Part shown: piece after piece, positions 8,026 to 16,899 of the stretch
Numbering within the stretch: position 1 is the stretch's first letter
Layout: the number at the start of each line of letters is the position of its first letter
Source of the DNA: Alphaproteobacteria bacterium
GTDB taxonomy: Bacteria > Pseudomonadota > Alphaproteobacteria > Bin95
DNA: 64,000 nt
Assembly (NCBI GenBank): GCA_022827685.1
Contig: JAJEIH010000014.1
Span: 3,801 to 67,800, forward strand
Reading direction: 5' to 3'
Made by a program: the position numbers and the translations under genes
The notes under the pieces: generated by a model
Database searches by the model: none
What the model was told of the DNA's origin: nothing
What the model saw: the letters and a program-made list of their open reading frames with translations, nothing else

Positions 8026-10794
8026 CCGGTGAACGTCGGGACGGGCGCGACATACAGGCTCGCTGACGCGGATGCGGGCAAGCGGATCAAGGTGGAGGTG
8101 AGCTACGGAAACGCCACGGTCGGCAGCGCAGCCTGGCCCTCCAGCGGGAGTGTCCGCAGCCGCGAACGCTGCAATGCGCCGGTCCTGTCCGGAGGGGCCG
8201 TGCTGGTCGGATCCGGCAGGACGCTTGCAGTCGGGTCGTACAGCAACAACGAAGGCGACTACTGGGGATATTACGAGGGTGGAAGGACCGGCTTCGGCGA
8301 ACTGGTTTCAGGGGTCAGCTTTGGCGAACTGGGGGACGCCTCGTTCTCGATCGGCGGCGCCGACTATGAGCTGAAAGCGGTCGCAAGCGCCGACAGACCC
8401 GGCGGCGAAGTAGAGATGTACGCCATGCTGGACAAGGACCTTCCGGCCGATCACCGGAGGACGCTGAAGCTGCATGTCTGCGGAGTGGCATACGCTTTCG
8501 GCAAGGCGACGAAGCATGACACCCATGCTCAGTACCAATGGCCCACTTTCCTGGGCCTGGCAGGAAGCGCCGAGCCCACGATCTACCTCTCCCGCGATGC
8601 GGTCGCGCCGACTGTCACTTCGGCCACGGCGCACGGCACGGCGCTGACCGTCACCTTCAGCGAAGAACTGGGCGCGGCCGACTCGCTTTCGAATGCTGCC
8701 TTCTCGGTTGTCAGGACGCCCGAGGGTGGCAGCGAGGAGGCGGTCGCGCTGAGCGCCGACGCCGCCCCGTCCATCGACGGCGCCACGGTGACGCTGACGC
8801 TCGCCTCGGCGATCGTATCCACCGACAGCGGCATCGCGGTGAGCTATACCGCGCCCGACACAGGCAGCGGAAACAGGCTTGCCGACAGGTTCGGCAACGA
8901 GGTCGCGGGCTTTGCGGGCCGGGCGGTGTCGCATGGGACCGCCGACGCGATCCCCGGGCTTTCGGTCGCCGACGCCCAGGTGCGGGAGGGTCGGGGCGCG
9001 AAGCTTGTCTTCACGGTCAGGCTCGACCGGGCGCGCGAGACGCATGTGAGGGTGGATTACGCGACCCGCGACGACACGGCGGTGGCGGGCGCGGATTATA
9101 TGGCCAGGTCGGGCACGCTCACCTTTGCCCGGGGCCAGACCAGAAAGACGGTCGAAGTCACAGTCCTGGACGACGCGCACGACGAGGGCAGCGAGACGAT
9201 GACGTTTGCGCTTTCGAACGCCAGAGGCGCGCGAATCGCCAATGGCGAGGCGACGGGGACGATCAGCAATTCGGACCCGCTGCAGAAACTATGGCTCGCG
9301 CGCTTCGGGCGCACTGTGGCCTCCCAGACGGTCGAGGCTCTGGAGGGGCGTTTCGCCATCGCGTCGGACGCCTCGCCGCGCATGACGCTGACGATAGCGG
9401 GCCAGACCGTGGACCTCTCGCGGATCGGCGACGGTCAGGCGCTGGCGGGGACGCTGACAGGCCTTGCGCGGGCGTTCGGCGCGCCGGACGTCTCGGCGGC
9501 GAACGACAACAGGCCGTTCGCGCGGCGCGGTATCGGTGGGGCGTGGAACGAAGCCGGCGTCTCGGCGCCGGCGCGCGGGATGACGGCGCGCGAGCTTCTG
9601 TCCGGGAGTTCGTTCCACTTCACGACCGGAGATGCGTCGGGCCTGGGCGGAGCGATGACCGGTTGGGGCAAGGTGCTGTCGGGCGGGTCGAGCAGTTCGC
9701 TGTCCGGCGGGCTGTCGTTGGCGAGCGAGACGGCGACCGGCGTGCTCGGCATGGACTGGGAGCGGGACAGGCTTCTGGTCGGGGTGGCGCTGTCGCGAAG
9801 CGTCGAGACGGGCAGCGCGTCGTTTGCGCCGACGGGGTCGCAATACGACATCGAGGGCTCGGTTTCGATGGTGACGCCCTACATGCGCGTGCGGGCGGGC
9901 GAGCGGCTGTCGCTCTGGAGCGCGGTCGGTTCGGGCAGCGGTTCCTTGTCGCTCTCGCATGGCGGCGGCTCGCAGATTGCGGACATCGCCATGCGGCTTG
10001 CGGCTGCGGGCGGTCGTGCGGAGTTGCTGCGGCCCGGGGCAGGCGGCGGGTTTGCGCTGGCGCTGAAGACGGATGCGTTCTTTGTGCGGAGCGAATCGGC
10101 GCGGGTATCGACGCCGGGCGTGGGCAACCTCGCGGCGGCGACGGGCGATGCGAGCCGTGTGCGGGCGGTGATGGAAGGGTCGCGGGCGTTCGCGCTGTCG
10201 GGCGGCGGCGCGCTGGAGCCGTCGCTGTCGCTCGGTCTGCGCCATGACGGCGGCGACGCCGAGACCGGCACGGGCGTCGAGGTCGGCGCCGGGCTTTCGT
10301 GGTCCGCGCCGACGGCGGGGTTGACCTCGGACCTGCGCCTTTACGGGCTGGCGTCGCACGAGGCGGGCGGTTACGACGAATGGGGGGCGAGCGGTTCGCT
10401 GCGGCTGGCGCCGGATCCGTCCGGTCGCGGCCTGTCGCTGTCGATGACGCCGTCATGGGGCGCCCGGGAACAGGCCGGGCGGCTGTGGGGCGCGGCGCCC
10501 GGCGCATTGGCCGGGAACGGCGGCGGGGGGCAGCCGGGCGGGCGCCTCGACACGGAACTCGGCTACGGCCTGCCCCTGTCGCACGGCATGACCGGCACGC
10601 CCTATGCGGGCTTCGGGTTCGGCGAGGCCGGCGCCCGGAGTTACCGCCTCGGCTGGCGGCTTGCGTCGGACCGGCTGCAATCCTTCTCCCTGGACATCGA
10701 GACGACCCGCCGCGAAGCCGCAAACGCCGCCGGACCGGGGTTCGGGGCGGCGGCAGAGCACGGTATCGGTCTCAGGCTGGCGGCCCGCTGGTAG
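8026..10794 (+). CDS. Adhesin pseudogene fragment 3 (C-terminal passenger + Calx-beta + autotransporter beta-barrel)
   Basis: In frame with the CCG GTG AAC that follows the right target duplication. Calx-beta signature. ~500-aa Gly/Ser-rich beta-domain ending in W. Confidence 0.75.
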   Translation, partial: PVNVGTGATYRLADADAGKRIKVEVSYGNATVGSAAWPSSGSVRSRERCNAPVLSGGAVLVGSGRTLAVGSYSNNEGDYWGYYEGGRTGFGELVSGVSFGELGDASFSIGGADYELKAVASADRPGGEVEMYAMLDKDLPADHRRTLKLHVCGVAYAFGKATKHDTHAQYQWPTFLGLAGSAEPTIYLSRDAVAPTVTSATAHGTALTVTFSEELGAADSLSNAAFSVVRTPEGGSEEAVALSADAAPSIDGATVTLTLASAIVSTDSGIAVSYTAPDTGSGNRLADRFGNEVAGFAGRAVSHGTADAIPGLSVADAQVREGRGAKLVFTVRLDRARETHVRVDYATRDDTAVAGADYMARSGTLTFARGQTRKTVEVTVLDDAHDEGSETMTFALSNARGARIANGEATGTISNSDPLQKLWLARFGRTVASQTVEALEGRFAIASDASPRMTLTIAGQTVDLSRIGDGQALAGTLTGLARAFGAPDVSAANDNRPFARRGIGGAWNEAGVSAPARGMTARELLSGSSFHFTTGDASGLGGAMTGWGKVLSGGSSSSLSGGLSLASETATGVLGMDWERDRLLVGVALSRSVETGSASFAPTGSQYDIEGSVSMVTPYMRVRAGERLSLWSAVGSGSGSLSLSHGGGSQIADIAMRLAAAGGRAELLRPGAGGGFALALKTDAFFVRSESARVSTPGVGNLAAATGDASRVRAVMEGSRAFALSGGGALEPSLSLGLRHDGGDAETGTGVEVGAGLSWSAPTAGLTSDLRLYGLASHEAGGYDEWGASGSLRLAPDPSGRGLSLSMTPSWGAREQAGRLWGAAPGALAGNGGGGQPGGRLDTELGYGLPLSHGMTGTPYAGFGFGEAGARSYRLGWRLASDRLQSFSLDIETTRREAANAAGPGFGAAAEHGIGLRLAARW

Positions 10795-11039
10795 GCGCAG
10801 CGGACGGTCCCGGCGCGCGGACGGCAGGGACCATTCAACAGCAACGGCTGGACGGAGGCCCGCCGCATGCATGAGGGAACCCGCGCCTTTTGACCTGCCG
10901 GCCTCACACATCTGCCTGCGGCGGGTTCGCCTCGTATGACACCCGCCTGCCCCGGTCGTCCGTTCCCGTCCTCCTCCTGAGCAGCGGCGCGGCCGTGTAT
11001 CGAAGGAGCTTGCAATTATCCTGTCGATCCAACGAGTTG

Positions 11040-11760
11040 TAAGAAAACTGCCCGGTATTTCCATCTTTTGTTCCTTCATGAGCTTGACTTTCAGCGAAAT
11101 GGTGTAGAATAGGCATGAGAGAAAGGCGGCTCCCGGGGCCGCCTTTCGGCTTTTCTGCAGAAAGCATGGCTGGGGGCCGCAAACCCCCGGCGCGAGCGGA
11201 CGGGGAAGGTACGTCCTCCGCCCGGCCCGCTGCCGCGCGCACGGGCGCGCGGGCAATCAGGCGCGCGAGCCGCGCCGCCGCGAAACGCCCGCCCGCCCGC
11301 GCACGCAGCCCCGCCCGCGATGACGCGCGAAACAGGGACACCCCGTCCCGCCCTTGGCTTGGAAGGAGATGGCATGGATGACCGAAACCAACCCCCGACC
11401 CCGCTGGCGCCGGACACGCCGGGCTCGCCCATCTGCGCCAACTCCTCGCCGTAATCGACTGGAGCGTCACCTCCCGTGAGCCGCAACCCGGCGCCGCCGG
11501 CGGAAGGCCCCGCAGCGCCCCTCCATGACACATCATGACATCTGCCGTGGAGGGGCCGGACCCGCTGCCCCGCGCACGCGGGCGCGCACGCACAGGCAGG
11601 CGCGCATTATGCGCGCGGGAGAAGCGCTCCTCCGGGGGGCGTCCGGGACCATGGACCGAAAGGAAGCTGCAATGCCTTGCGAATGACCGGGGCGGAGACC
11701 GGCCCCATGACGAAAACATGACACATCATGACATATCCTGACACTTCCGCCGGTCTCCCG
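11040..11760 (+). repeat. Intergenic repeat element, copy A (+ orientation; longest and most divergent copy; two heptad clusters)
   Basis: Shares with copies B and C: a TTGAC(T/A) promoter-like module (11084-11110), the block GCGCGGGCAATCAGGCGCGCGAGCCGCGCCGCCGCGAAACGC, the block CGCGATGACGCGCGAAACAGGGAC, and CATGACA heptads at 11524/11534 and at 11706/11717/11727/11737. Confidence 0.6.
11706..11743 (+). promoter_or_regulatory. Array of four 10/11-bp-phased CATGAC(A/G) heptads (copy A; a second mini-array of two heptads lies at 11524-11540)
   Basis: catgacgaaaa catgacacat catgacatat cctgacactt, read directly from the sequence. Confidence 0.55.
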
Positions 11761-11841
11761 GCCGCCGCGCTGGCGGAGGGTGCTGCCGGCATACCGGATG
11801 CAAACCGGCCGGGGCGGCGGACGGCCCGCCGCCCCGCTGCG

Positions 11842-13536
11842 TCACTCCGGCTTGCGGAAAAGCTGGATGCCCCAGGCCAGCTGTCCGGCATCCGCGGCTT
11901 TCACCCAGTTCTCGAGACCGACGGCCATCCTGTCGAGATATTCGGCCGAGGCGCCGTTTTCGCGCAGCCTGTCGTAACCGGCCATAAGGTCTTCACGCAC
12001 CCGGTCGTAGTGGGTGCGGAGATGGCCGGTCATGTCCTCCTGCGCCAGCACCTCGAAACCCAGCGCCTGCGCCGCCTCGCGGTAGAAGCGCATGGAGCCG
12101 AGGCTGTTGAGCTGGAGCCTGTCATACACGGGCTGGAGCACGCCGTCCGGCACGTCGTCCGCCTGCATCGGGTCGGTAAAGACGAAATGGCCGCCCGGCT
12201 TCAGCACGCGCCGGACTTCGGCCAGCACCCTGTCCCGCTGGTCCGAGTGCAGGATGGCGTCCTGGCTCCATACCGCGTCGTAGCTGGCGTCCGGGTCGGG
12301 GATATCCTCGAAGACGCCATGCACTACCGATATCCGGCCGCCGAGCTTGGCCTGCCGGTTCCTGGCCCGGTTGGTGTCGTTCTGCGTCTCGGAGATGTTC
12401 AGGCATGTAGCCGTGCAGCCGGTCCGCCCGACGACCCGCCGCATCGAGCCGCCATAGCCGGCGCCGATGTCCAGGATACGGGTGTCGGGGCCGATGTCCG
12501 GCAGCATCGCCATCATCCGGTCGACGGTTTCGGCGCTGGCCTCGCGAATGTCCCGTGTCGTCTCGTAAATGCCGAGATGCAGGTCCTCGCCGCCCCAGAC
12601 CATCGAGTAGAACGTGTCGGCGTCGTCGCTGTCGTAATAGTCCTCGGTGATGTCGCGAACGTCGCTCTCGCCCTCCTCGCGGACGCCGCCGCCCCAGCGC
12701 ACGACATGCAGCGTGGACTTCTCGGCGACATGAATGAAGAAGTCCGGCTCGTTCTCGGCGTAGGTCTCCTGGAAGTCGCCATAGGTGCGCACCCGCGCGA
12801 AACCGGCCTCGCTGAGCAGGCGGCGCACATAGTTCTTGCGGATCGGACTGAGATTGAGCGTGTAGCCGGAGCCGTCGGCGAAGCTGTATTTCATCCTCAC
12901 GAGGCTGTCGTCGATATATTCGGGCTCCGCATTCACCTCGTCGCCGCAGTAATAGTATTTGTGCTTGGACGAGAAGCCCTCATCCAGCATGGCGTCGTAA
13001 TTGCGCTGGTCCAGGATCAGCATCCCGTCATGCTTCAGCGCGGCGTAGAACTCGGCCAGAGCGCGGCGGCGGTCCTGCTCTTCATGCAGGTGGGTGAACG
13101 AGTTGCCGAGGCAGATGATCGCGTCGTACTTGCCCTGGATGTGACGGTTCAGCCAGCGCCAGTCGGCCTGGACGGTCTTGAGGATCAGCCCGCGCGACCT
13201 TGCGTTCTCGAACGCCTTGGCCAGCATCGTCGCCGACCCGTCGCTCGATGTCACGTTGAAGCCGGCCTCGGTCAGCCGCACCGAGTGGAAGCCCGTGCCG
13301 CAGGCGACGTCCAGCACGGTTTCCTTGCCGCGGGCGCGCAGCACGTCGATGAAGAACTGCCCCTCGCTCTCGGCGCGCGCCATCCAGTCGATCAACTCGT
13401 CCCACTTCTCCACGAAGGAGAGGATGTACTCGCCGCGGTAGAGATCGGTATCGCGGTCCTCCAGCGGGTCGTCGCTGTAGCTCTGACGGTCGAGCGCGAA
13501 TTCCGTGTTCCTCGTCAACAGGGACATATCTGGCAT
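11842..13536 (-). CDS. Fused glycine/sarcosine N-methyltransferase - sarcosine/dimethylglycine N-methyltransferase (glycine betaine synthesis from glycine)
   Basis: Two class-I SAM methyltransferase domains (VLDVACGTGFHS... and ILDIGAGYGGS...). The 564-aa length and domain order match the fused GSMT-SDMT enzymes of halophiles (for example Actinopolyspora-type). Confidence 0.75.
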   Translation of the reverse strand: MPDMSLLTRNTEFALDRQSYSDDPLEDRDTDLYRGEYILSFVEKWDELIDWMARAESEGQFFIDVLRARGKETVLDVACGTGFHSVRLTEAGFNVTSSDGSATMLAKAFENARSRGLILKTVQADWRWLNRHIQGKYDAIICLGNSFTHLHEEQDRRRALAEFYAALKHDGMLILDQRNYDAMLDEGFSSKHKYYYCGDEVNAEPEYIDDSLVRMKYSFADGSGYTLNLSPIRKNYVRRLLSEAGFARVRTYGDFQETYAENEPDFFIHVAEKSTLHVVRWGGGVREEGESDVRDITEDYYDSDDADTFYSMVWGGEDLHLGIYETTRDIREASAETVDRMMAMLPDIGPDTRILDIGAGYGGSMRRVVGRTGCTATCLNISETQNDTNRARNRQAKLGGRISVVHGVFEDIPDPDASYDAVWSQDAILHSDQRDRVLAEVRRVLKPGGHFVFTDPMQADDVPDGVLQPVYDRLQLNSLGSMRFYREAAQALGFEVLAQEDMTGHLRTHYDRVREDLMAGYDRLRENGASAEYLDRMAVGLENWVKAADAGQLAWGIQLFRKPE

Positions 13537-13949
13537 AGTTCGATCCTATTCCCGGTTATCCGCCGGCCCCGTCCGGACCGGCTTGTCATGGACCGGCCCG
13601 GTACGGGGCCGATGCTCGTCGGATGCCGTTCGCGCCATATGCCGGGACCGGGCCGGCAATCCGGCCCCGCCCCCTCAAAAGTCCGGCGCGTGCTGCCCGG
13701 GCAAGCTCTTGCGCCGTTGCAAGGATGCCGGCAGGGGCCCGTAGCGGCCGGTGCCGGCCGCCGTGGAGGCCGCAATCGATGATGGCGAAGCGGCGCTCTC
13801 GAAGTCGGTTCAATGACAGGGAAGCCCCCGGAGCCGTTCGGCCGCGCGGGCGAGCCACGGCTTCCCCTGAAGATGGAGCGACGATATTACGGGACGACGC
13901 TCTTGTAAAATTTGCGGGCCGGACGGGCTTCCCGGCGCTATCCGGGGGT

Positions 13950-15179
13950 TCAGTCGGCGGCGGCTTGCGCGGCCGTCCGGTCCATGTCCATGCGCGCGCC
14001 CTCGATGGCGGCGCCCGAGGCCGTCATCCCGTCGATCTCCCGGTCGGTGTAGCCATATTCGCGGAGCACGGCGCGGCTGTGCGCGCCAAGGTCGGGCGCG
14101 CTCGCGAGGAAACTGCCCTCCGGCGCCGTTTCGATGCCGGGCACGACATGCATGGGAACGCGGCCCACCGCGTCATGCTCCTGCCAGGCGACGGATTCGT
14201 TGTGGAGCACCTGCGGCTCCCGGAAATAGGCGCCGAAATCGTTTACCGGCCCGGCGATGATGTCCGCCTCGCCCAGCAGCCGGACCCATTCCGCCGTGGA
14301 GCGTTCCCTGACCAGCGGACGGAGCAGGGCCATCAATGCGGCCTCGTTCTCGATCCGCGCTTCGTAAGTCGCATAGCGCGGGTCCTGAACGAGCTCAGGC
14401 CGGCCCACCAGGCCGCAAAGCGCTTCGAAATGCTTCTCGCGCCGCGCATTGATGTTCACGAACCCGTCCGCGCTCTCGAAGGTTCCGACCGGGACGCCGA
14501 CGACCTGGGGCATGGGGCCTTCGAGGTGGTATTCGATCATCTTGGCGGCCATGAACGCGCCGGCGGACTGCTGCAGGCTCATGTCGATATGGCGGCCGGG
14601 CGCGCCCTGGACCGTGCGGGCGTAGAGCGCCGCCGAAACCGCCTGGAAGGCGTAGAGGCCCGTCATCACGTCGATGGCGATCATGCCGACCCGCTGCGGC
14701 AGCCCGTCCTTGTCGCGGTTCATGGACATCATGCCGGTCACCGCCTGGGCTATCGAGTCCGTCAGCGGCCGGTCGCTCCACGGTCCCGTCTGGCCGTAGC
14801 CCGTGACGGAGAGGTAGATGACGCCGGGATTGACGGCGCGGACGCTCTCGTAGTCGAGGCCGAACCTGGCAGTCACGCCCGGCCGGAACGCTTCCAGCAC
14901 GATGTCCGCCTTCGCCGCGATTCTGGTCGCGGCATCCCGGGCTTCCGCCTGCTTGAGGTCGAGCGCGAGGGAACGCTTGCCCCGGTTGACCTGGAGGAAG
15001 AAGGCGGAATAGGGCCCGTGGCGCTTGCCGATGCCTCGCCCCCAGTCTCCGCCCGGCGGCTCGATCTTCACGACGTCGGCGCCGTGCTGGGCGAGCAGGA
15101 AGGCGCAATGGGGGCCCGCAACGCCCTGCGTCAGGTCGCAGACGCGGAGGCCCGCATAGGCAGCGTGGTCGGTCGTCAT
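13950..15179 (-). CDS. CoA-transferase family III (CaiB/BaiF) protein
   Basis: LRVCDLTQGVAGPHCAFLLAQHGADVVKIEPPGGD N-terminal signature and a conserved Asp-containing core. The start at MTTDHAA overlaps the stop of the upstream aldo-keto reductase gene. Confidence 0.8.
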   Translation of the reverse strand: MTTDHAAYAGLRVCDLTQGVAGPHCAFLLAQHGADVVKIEPPGGDWGRGIGKRHGPYSAFFLQVNRGKRSLALDLKQAEARDAATRIAAKADIVLEAFRPGVTARFGLDYESVRAVNPGVIYLSVTGYGQTGPWSDRPLTDSIAQAVTGMMSMNRDKDGLPQRVGMIAIDVMTGLYAFQAVSAALYARTVQGAPGRHIDMSLQQSAGAFMAAKMIEYHLEGPMPQVVGVPVGTFESADGFVNINARREKHFEALCGLVGRPELVQDPRYATYEARIENEAALMALLRPLVRERSTAEWVRLLGEADIIAGPVNDFGAYFREPQVLHNESVAWQEHDAVGRVPMHVVPGIETAPEGSFLASAPDLGAHSRAVLREYGYTDREIDGMTASGAAIEGARMDMDRTAAQAAAD

Positions 15180-16213
15180 TGCGGAACCTCCTGCTCCGGC
15201 GCGTCGGTCCAGACCGGCCGGCCCTCGACCGGATATTGCGGATCGTTGTAGCCGGGGGTGGAAGGATGGCCGGGCGCCACCAGAGCGTCGATCAGCGCTT
15301 CGTCCTCGGCGGTGAACGCGTGGTCCATCGCGCCCAGATAGTCCTGCCACTGCTCCCCGGTGCGCGGACCGGCGATCACAGAGGTGACGAAACGGTTGTT
15401 CAACACCCAGAGCGTCGCAAACTGCGCCGCCGACATGCCGCGCCGCCCGGCGTGGGCGACGACCTTCGCGGCGATTGCCAGCGATTCGTCGCGCAATTCG
15501 GTCTCCCGGATGCGCCGGTCGCCGCGCGCCGCCCGGCTGCCGGTCTCCGGTTCCGCGCCGGGGCCGTATTTTCCCGTCAGCACGCCGCGCGCGACCGGGC
15601 TGTAGGGCACGACGCCAAGCCCGAACCAGTTGCAGGCCGCCAGGTGTTCCGTCTCCGGCATGCGGTTGACGGCGTTGTAATAGGGCTGGCTGGCGATGGG
15701 GCGCGGCGCGCCGAGGTCATCGGCGATGCGGCAGAGTTCGGCAACGCGCCAGGACCGGTAGTTCGAGACGCCGTAATAGAGCACCTTGCCCGCGCGGATC
15801 AGGTCGTCCATCGCCCGCACGGTCTCTTCGAGGGGCGTGTCCGGGTCTTCCTTGTGCAGGTAGTAGAGGTCGATCCGGTCGGTGCCGAGGCGTTTCAGGC
15901 TGGCCTCGCAGGCGCGCATCATCCACTTGCGCGAGAGGCCGCCGCCATTCGGTCCTTCGGCCATCCGGTTGAAGAGCTTGGTTGCGATGACCCACTCGTC
16001 CCGGTCGCGCGCCACGGCTTGCCCGACCGCCTCCTCCGAACGCCCGCGGTTGTAGCCGTCGGCCGTATCGATGAAGTTGACGCCGGCAGTGCGCGCCTCC
16101 TCGATCATCGCCTCGCCGTCCTCGGGCGCCGTCGGTCCCCCGAACATCATGGCGCCCAGACAGAGTTTCGAGACCTTGAGCCCGCTCCGTCCGAGATTCC
16201 GGTATTCCACCTG
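15176..16213 (-). CDS. Aldo/keto reductase
   Basis: AKR signature (LGAMMFGG...GVNFIDTADGY...IATK...LYYLH...YGVSN). Probable GTG start (VEYRNLG). Confidence 0.8.
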   Translation of the reverse strand, partial: QVEYRNLGRSGLKVSKLCLGAMMFGGPTAPEDGEAMIEEARTAGVNFIDTADGYNRGRSEEAVGQAVARDRDEWVIATKLFNRMAEGPNGGGLSRKWMMRACEASLKRLGTDRIDLYYLHKEDPDTPLEETVRAMDDLIRAGKVLYYGVSNYRSWRVAELCRIADDLGAPRPIASQPYYNAVNRMPETEHLAACNWFGLGVVPYSPVARGVLTGKYGPGAEPETGSRAARGDRRIRETELRDESLAIAAKVVAHAGRRGMSAAQFATLWVLNNRFVTSVIAGPRTGEQWQDYLGAMDHAFTAEDEALIDALVAPGHPSTPGYNDPQYPVEGRPVWTDAPEQEVPQ

Positions 16214-16401
16214 GCAGTCCCCCGATCCTTCGCCCTCTATATGGCCGAACCTCCGCCGGCGCGGCAAGTATCGGCTGTCGTCGGCGCCATGCGCGGTTTG
16301 CGCGCCGGCCCGGGGGCCAATAGGATGACCGGCAGGACGCTCCGGCCGCCGGCTCGGATGCAGGGGGCGGGCCTCGCGCCGGGGTAGGAGGGGAACCGGG
16401 G

Positions 16402-16899
16402 ATGACCGTCGAGCCACGCGCCTTCCGGGACACGCTCGGACGCATGCCGACCGGCGTGACCGTGATAACCACCACGGCGCATGACGGGGAAATGCACGGC
16501 GTGACGATCGGCTCCTTCAGTTCGCTCTCGCTGGAGCCGCCGCTGGTGCTGTTCTGCCTCGACAAGGACGCCAATTGCCGCCAGGCGTTCCTCGACAGCA
16601 CGCATTTCGCCGTTAATGTGCTGGCGGAGGACCAGTCTTCCCTGTCCTCGATCTTCGCCACCAAGAACGCCCCCCGCCCGTGGCAGGAGCTCGACTGGTC
16701 CATCGGCGAGGCCAGCGGCGCGCCGCTGATGGCGGGCGCCGTCGCCCAGATCGAATGCGCGACCGAGGCGATCCATGACGGCGGCGACCACGACATTCTC
16801 ATCGGCCGCGCCAAAACGCTGGCGACCGATGGAGCGAGTCGGCCGCTGATCTTTTTCGCGGGCGGCTACCGTCGGCTCGAGGCGGACGGCTCCTCGTAA
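16402..16899 (+). CDS. Flavin reductase (NAD(P)H:flavin oxidoreductase, HpaC/RutF-like)
   Basis: Flavin-reductase-like domain (FR(D/S)[13 protein letters not shown]...SFxSLSLxPPLVLFC). Confidence 0.75.
   Translation: MTVEPRAFRDTLGRMPTGVTVITTTAHDGEMHGVTIGSFSSLSLEPPLVLFCLDKDANCRQAFLDSTHFAVNVLAEDQSSLSSIFATKNAPRPWQELDWSIGEASGAPLMAGAVAQIECATEAIHDGGDHDILIGRAKTLATDGASRPLIFFAGGYRRLEADGSS

Larger units (their letters stand above)
2149..10794 (+). pseudogene. Giant type Va (classical) autotransporter adhesin, disrupted by an IS insertion (5009-8017) and a frameshift near 4470-4480. The reconstructed product is ~1,875 aa.
   Basis: N-terminal extended signal-peptide-like region (RRGLRKVRLQLAGLPTLLFLSLAFWAPPPLA). 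Two ~210-aa near-identical Ig-like repeat modules, a fibronectin-III-like segment (TGYQYRYARGAS...TEYTVEARAAT), and further Ig-like modules (TVTLTLASAV...SV(T/S)Y). Calx-beta domain (VADAQVREG...VDYATRDDTAVAGADYMARSGTLTFARGQTRKTVEVTVLDDAHDEGSETMTFALSN). Gly/Ser-rich C-terminal beta-barrel ending ...IGLRLAARW. Removing bases 5009-8025 joins ...GCA TCA AAC|CCG GTG AAC... in frame. Confidence 0.75.

Noticed and set aside
8538-10359. Long ORFs (569 aa on +, 356/367 aa on -) overlapping the adhesin C-terminal fragment
   Set aside because: Alternative or antisense frames of the adhesin beta-domain region. Arg/Pro-rich, no domain signatures.
11728-13782. 684-aa ORF on the + strand
   Set aside because: Entirely antisense to the well-supported GSMT-SDMT gene. 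Arg/Gly/Ala-rich translation typical of high-GC antisense frames.
16866-16899. 34-bp convergent overlap between the flavin reductase and queG 3' ends
   Set aside because: Short convergent overlaps are common in compact high-GC genomes, and either stop could be slightly mis-set. Not considered functional.
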